This document shows positions 61,382-64,000 of a stretch of 64,000 nucleotides of DNA, piece after piece. The DNA is from an uncultured Planctomycetales bacterium (GTDB lineage: Bacteria > Planctomycetota > Planctomycetia > Pirellulales > S012-138): positions 1,123 through 65,122 of the forward strand of contig CALJLD010000243.1 of NCBI GenBank assembly GCA_937982665.1. Direction: 5' to 3'. The position numbers and the translations under genes were made by a program. The number at the start of each line of letters is the position of its first letter. Within the stretch, counting starts at the first letter, position 1. The notes under the pieces were generated by a model. The model saw only the letters and a program-made list of their open reading frames with translations, was not told the origin of the DNA and made no database searches.

Positions 61382-62404
61382 GTGATTGCCCGCTTGCTGA
61401 TCAGTCTGATCTGCGTTGCCATCCTCTCGGCGGGTCTCGTGGATTCTTGTCACGCGCAAGATACCGTCTACGTTTCTTCGGGCGAAACCGGCGTCATCGG
61501 ATATTCAGGCGAGGTCGTTAGCTACACCGGCGAGCGTCTCGTGTTGAAGTTGTCCAACGGGACGGAGCGAACATTTCCCGGCAACACGAACATCGTTCGC
61601 ATCGACACCCAACATACGGCCGAATTTCGCGAAGCGCAAGTCCACTACGACTCCGGCGAGTACGAGCAGGCTCTGGAAAGTTACGAGCGGGCTCTTCAAA
61701 AAGAAAGTCGGGCTTGGGTGCAAAGGATGATTTTGGAACAGATCATCTATTGCGAGCAGAGTTTAGACCATTGGGAATCGGCGGCACGGCGCTTCTTGAT
61801 ATTGGTTTCGTCCGATCCCAAGACGCCATACTTCCCCTGTATCCCGTTGGCTTGGGTCTCTGACCCGCCGCTGGCTTCCCTTGAACGGCAGGCCAGGACG
61901 TGGTTGGAATCGCAGCAGCCTGTCAGCCAGTTGCTTGGGGCCAGCCACTTGCTAGCAACACAACGGGCCGACGCGGAACGTGTGCTATCCGACCTGCGAT
62001 TCCATGCCGATCAACGTGTGGCCGCGCTGGCGCGAATGCAACTTTGGCGGACCGATCTGCATCGGGCTGATGTGAGCCGCATTGCCGGTTGGGAAAAAGA
62101 TTTGGAACGATCATCGCACGCGCTGCGAGCCGGCGGTTACTTTTTGATCGGCTCGGCCAACGTGCAAATCAGACGTGCAGAGGCCGCCGCGCTCAGCCTG
62201 ATGCGAGTGCCCATTCATTATCCACGGCAACGGCGTTTGGTCGCTCGTTGCTTGATCGAATCCGGCCGACAACTGGAAGTTCTTGGACAAACCGGCGAAG
62301 CAACCCGGCTGTATCAAGAGTTGGTCGATCAGTTTGCCGCCTTCCCGGAGAGCGCGGAAGCCAGGTCTCGATTGGACAAACTCGCGGCCGGTCAAGAGAA
62401 TTGA
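61382..62404 (+). CDS. secreted TPR-like helical-repeat protein
   Basis: The GTG at 61382 has AGGAA about 10 nt upstream. Signal-like N-terminus IARLLISLICVAILSAGLVDSCHA. Helical repeats such as GEYEQALESYERALQ. Confidence 0.6.
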   Translation: MIARLLISLICVAILSAGLVDSCHAQDTVYVSSGETGVIGYSGEVVSYTGERLVLKLSNGTERTFPGNTNIVRIDTQHTAEFREAQVHYDSGEYEQALESYERALQKESRAWVQRMILEQIIYCEQSLDHWESAARRFLILVSSDPKTPYFPCIPLAWVSDPPLASLERQARTWLESQQPVSQLLGASHLLATQRADAERVLSDLRFHADQRVAALARMQLWRTDLHRADVSRIAGWEKDLERSSHALRAGGYFLIGSANVQIRRAEAAALSLMRVPIHYPRQRRLVARCLIESGRQLEVLGQTGEATRLYQELVDQFAAFPESAEARSRLDKLAAGQEN

Positions 62405-62505
62405 ATGCTGTTGAGGTCAGGCAGTGAGATAGCACCGTCCCTGAACTCTCAACAACTTCGCTCCCAACGAAAAGAATTGGCGAAACGAACAACGAGGAGA
62501 TTCGC

Positions 62506-63336
62506 TTGCCAGAAAAGACTTCACCAAATTCAGCGAGCCACAAAGTGCATTCCGGCATCAAACGGGGCTTGTTGGCATTCGCGCTTGTATTTGTCTTTGC
62601 TTTGCTGGCTGGCCAGGCGTCGGCTCAGCAAGGTTCCGGAGAGAATTCCGGCGCGCAAAATGGCAAGGCCGCGGAGAACGCCGCCCAGCCGGACGGGCGC
62701 GAAGGGTTTTGGCAAATCATCTTGGACAGCGGACCCGTTGGTCTGGTGATCCTGCTGCTTTCCATCGGCGGCGCGGCGTTGGTTGTGGAACATGTGATTC
62801 ACATCCGCGCCAAGGTGCTCATGCCTTCCGGGCTGGCGGACAAAGTGCGCGAGACGCTCAAGACCGGTCACGTTTCTCAGGCGATTCAGGAATGCCAGTC
62901 CGAGCCCAGCCTGCTTTCGTACATCATTCAATCCGGCCTGGCTGAGATCGACGGCAAATGGACATCGATTGAAAAAGCTATGGAAGACGCCACCGCGGAA
63001 CAGTCGGCTCGGCTGTATCGCAAAGTGGAATATCTTTCCGTGATCGGCAACCTCGCCCCCATGCTGGGTCTGCTGGGGACCGTCATCGGCATGGTCATGG
63101 CCTTTCGTGACGTATCCACGGCGCAAGGCGCCCCGCAAGCCAAAGAACTCGCCGAAGGTATTTACCTGGCGCTGGTTACCACAGTGGAAGGACTCATCGT
63201 CGCCATCCCGGCGTTGGCGGCATTCGCCTTCTTCCGCAACCGCGTGGACCAGCTTGTTGCTGAAACAGCGCAACAGGCCCTGCATGTGTTCACGCCGTTC
63301 AAGCGCTCGCGAATGGGCGGGGAAAGGAGCCGCTAG
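62506..63336 (+). CDS. exbB: MotA/TolQ/ExbB proton-channel protein
   Basis: TTG start with GAGGAGA 5 nt upstream. Signal-like N-terminus. Conserved block APMLGLLGTVIGMVMAF and three TM helices. Confidence 0.88.
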   Translation: MPEKTSPNSASHKVHSGIKRGLLAFALVFVFALLAGQASAQQGSGENSGAQNGKAAENAAQPDGREGFWQIILDSGPVGLVILLLSIGGAALVVEHVIHIRAKVLMPSGLADKVRETLKTGHVSQAIQECQSEPSLLSYIIQSGLAEIDGKWTSIEKAMEDATAEQSARLYRKVEYLSVIGNLAPMLGLLGTVIGMVMAFRDVSTAQGAPQAKELAEGIYLALVTTVEGLIVAIPALAAFAFFRNRVDQLVAETAQQALHVFTPFKRSRMGGERSR

Positions 63337-63743
63337 TGCGGTTGCCGAATCATCGCGAGCGTGGCAGCGTGGGCTTCAACATGACTCCACTGATTGACGT
63401 GGTGTTCCTGTTGATCATCTTCTTCCTGGTTTCCACACACCTGGCTCGTCAGGAAGTGGAACTGGGGCTGACTTTGCCATCCGCCACCACAGGCTACGAA
63501 AGCGACACCGTGCGGCGGATTGTGGTCAACCTGCTCTCCGGGGGAGAAATGAAGATCGGAGGGCAAGCCCTGACCGTGCCGGAATTGGAATCCGTGCTTG
63601 CCGGCGAGGCGGAAAAAGACATTGAAGTCCACATTCGCGCGGACTCAAGCACTCGCTATCAATTCGTCGAGCCGATCATGATCGCTTGTGCTCGCAACGG
63701 CATCTGGAACATTACCTTTGGCGTGACCAATCCCAATCGATAG
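63336..63743 (+). CDS. exbD: ExbD/TolR biopolymer transport protein
   Basis: GTG overlaps the exbB stop (TAGTG), with GGAAAGGAG upstream. TM helix MTPLIDVVFLLIIFFLV carrying the conserved Asp. Confidence 0.88.
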   Translation: MRLPNHRERGSVGFNMTPLIDVVFLLIIFFLVSTHLARQEVELGLTLPSATTGYESDTVRRIVVNLLSGGEMKIGGQALTVPELESVLAGEAEKDIEVHIRADSSTRYQFVEPIMIACARNGIWNITFGVTNPNR

Positions 63744-63758
63744 ACACGCCACAACGTC

Positions 63759-64000
63759 ATGAAACTCCCTCAACGAAACGATCGCGGCCGACTCGACGTC
63801 ACCATGACGCCGATGATTGACGTCGTGTTTTTGTTGCTGGTGTTCTTCATTTGGACGTCCAGTTTTCAGGCACCAGAGGATTCTCTGCCAACCACGCTTT
63901 CGCTGCAGGGTGCAAATGTCGAAATCGAGAATGTCGAGCCAAAGGACGACGCCGAAGAGCCGATCGTCGTCAAGGTTCGTGACAACGGCGGACAGCCGTC
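63759..64000 (+). CDS. exbD: second ExbD/TolR paralog (3' end truncated by the window edge)
   Basis: MKLPQRNDRGRLDVTMTPMIDVVFLLLVFFIW. The ORF is still open at the end of the window. Confidence 0.8.
   Translation, partial: MKLPQRNDRGRLDVTMTPMIDVVFLLLVFFIWTSSFQAPEDSLPTTLSLQGANVEIENVEPKDDAEEPIVVKVRDNGGQP

Noticed and set aside
62530-63285. 251-aa minus-strand ORF
   Set aside because: Antisense to exbB, which has the conserved LGLLGTVIGM block, a strong SD and translational coupling to exbD.

Overview
The window looks like ordinary chromosome from a GC-rich Planctomycetota (Pirellulales-like) genome. That assignment is an inference from three things: gene content, the recurring RFSxRTLL-type N-termini, and the mix of BlaR1-like, PEP-CTERM and giant AsmA-like proteins. 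I support about 50 protein-coding genes. I recognised no rRNA, tRNA, CRISPR array, transposase, integrase or phage genes. Recognisable housekeeping and envelope genes are lpxA, kdsA, ileS (type 2), ligA, rsmA, tatC, manA, hppD, a kynurenine 3-monooxygenase, a thioredoxin, a PlsC-family acyltransferase and an LtaS/sulfatase-like transferase. The high GC content produces many long antisense shadow ORFs, which I rejected. The best candidate for an undescribed system is the co-directional cluster at 60298-64000, which is cut by the window edge. It encodes a protein with a TonB-like membrane anchor (S-x3-H in the TM helix, then a Pro/Ser-rich spacer) that ends in a vWA/MIDAS domain instead of a TonB C-terminal domain. 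A TPR-like secreted protein, ExbB and two ExbD genes follow it. Other items worth a second look: a divergent pair of giant AsmA/TamB-like proteins, one with an extreme Tyr/acidic/basic cytoplasmic tail; a TatC with a roughly 210-aa insertion in its first periplasmic loop; six phased 21-bp tandem repeats in an intergenic region; an orphan minus-strand intrinsic terminator in a structured intergenic region, possibly an sRNA; a minimal nucleotidyltransferase-HD fusion protein; and a BlaI/BlaR1-like pair with twin TAAGCTTA palindromes over its putative promoter. All functional calls come from motifs I recognised by eye. No database or HMM search was run, and start codons are often ambiguous.
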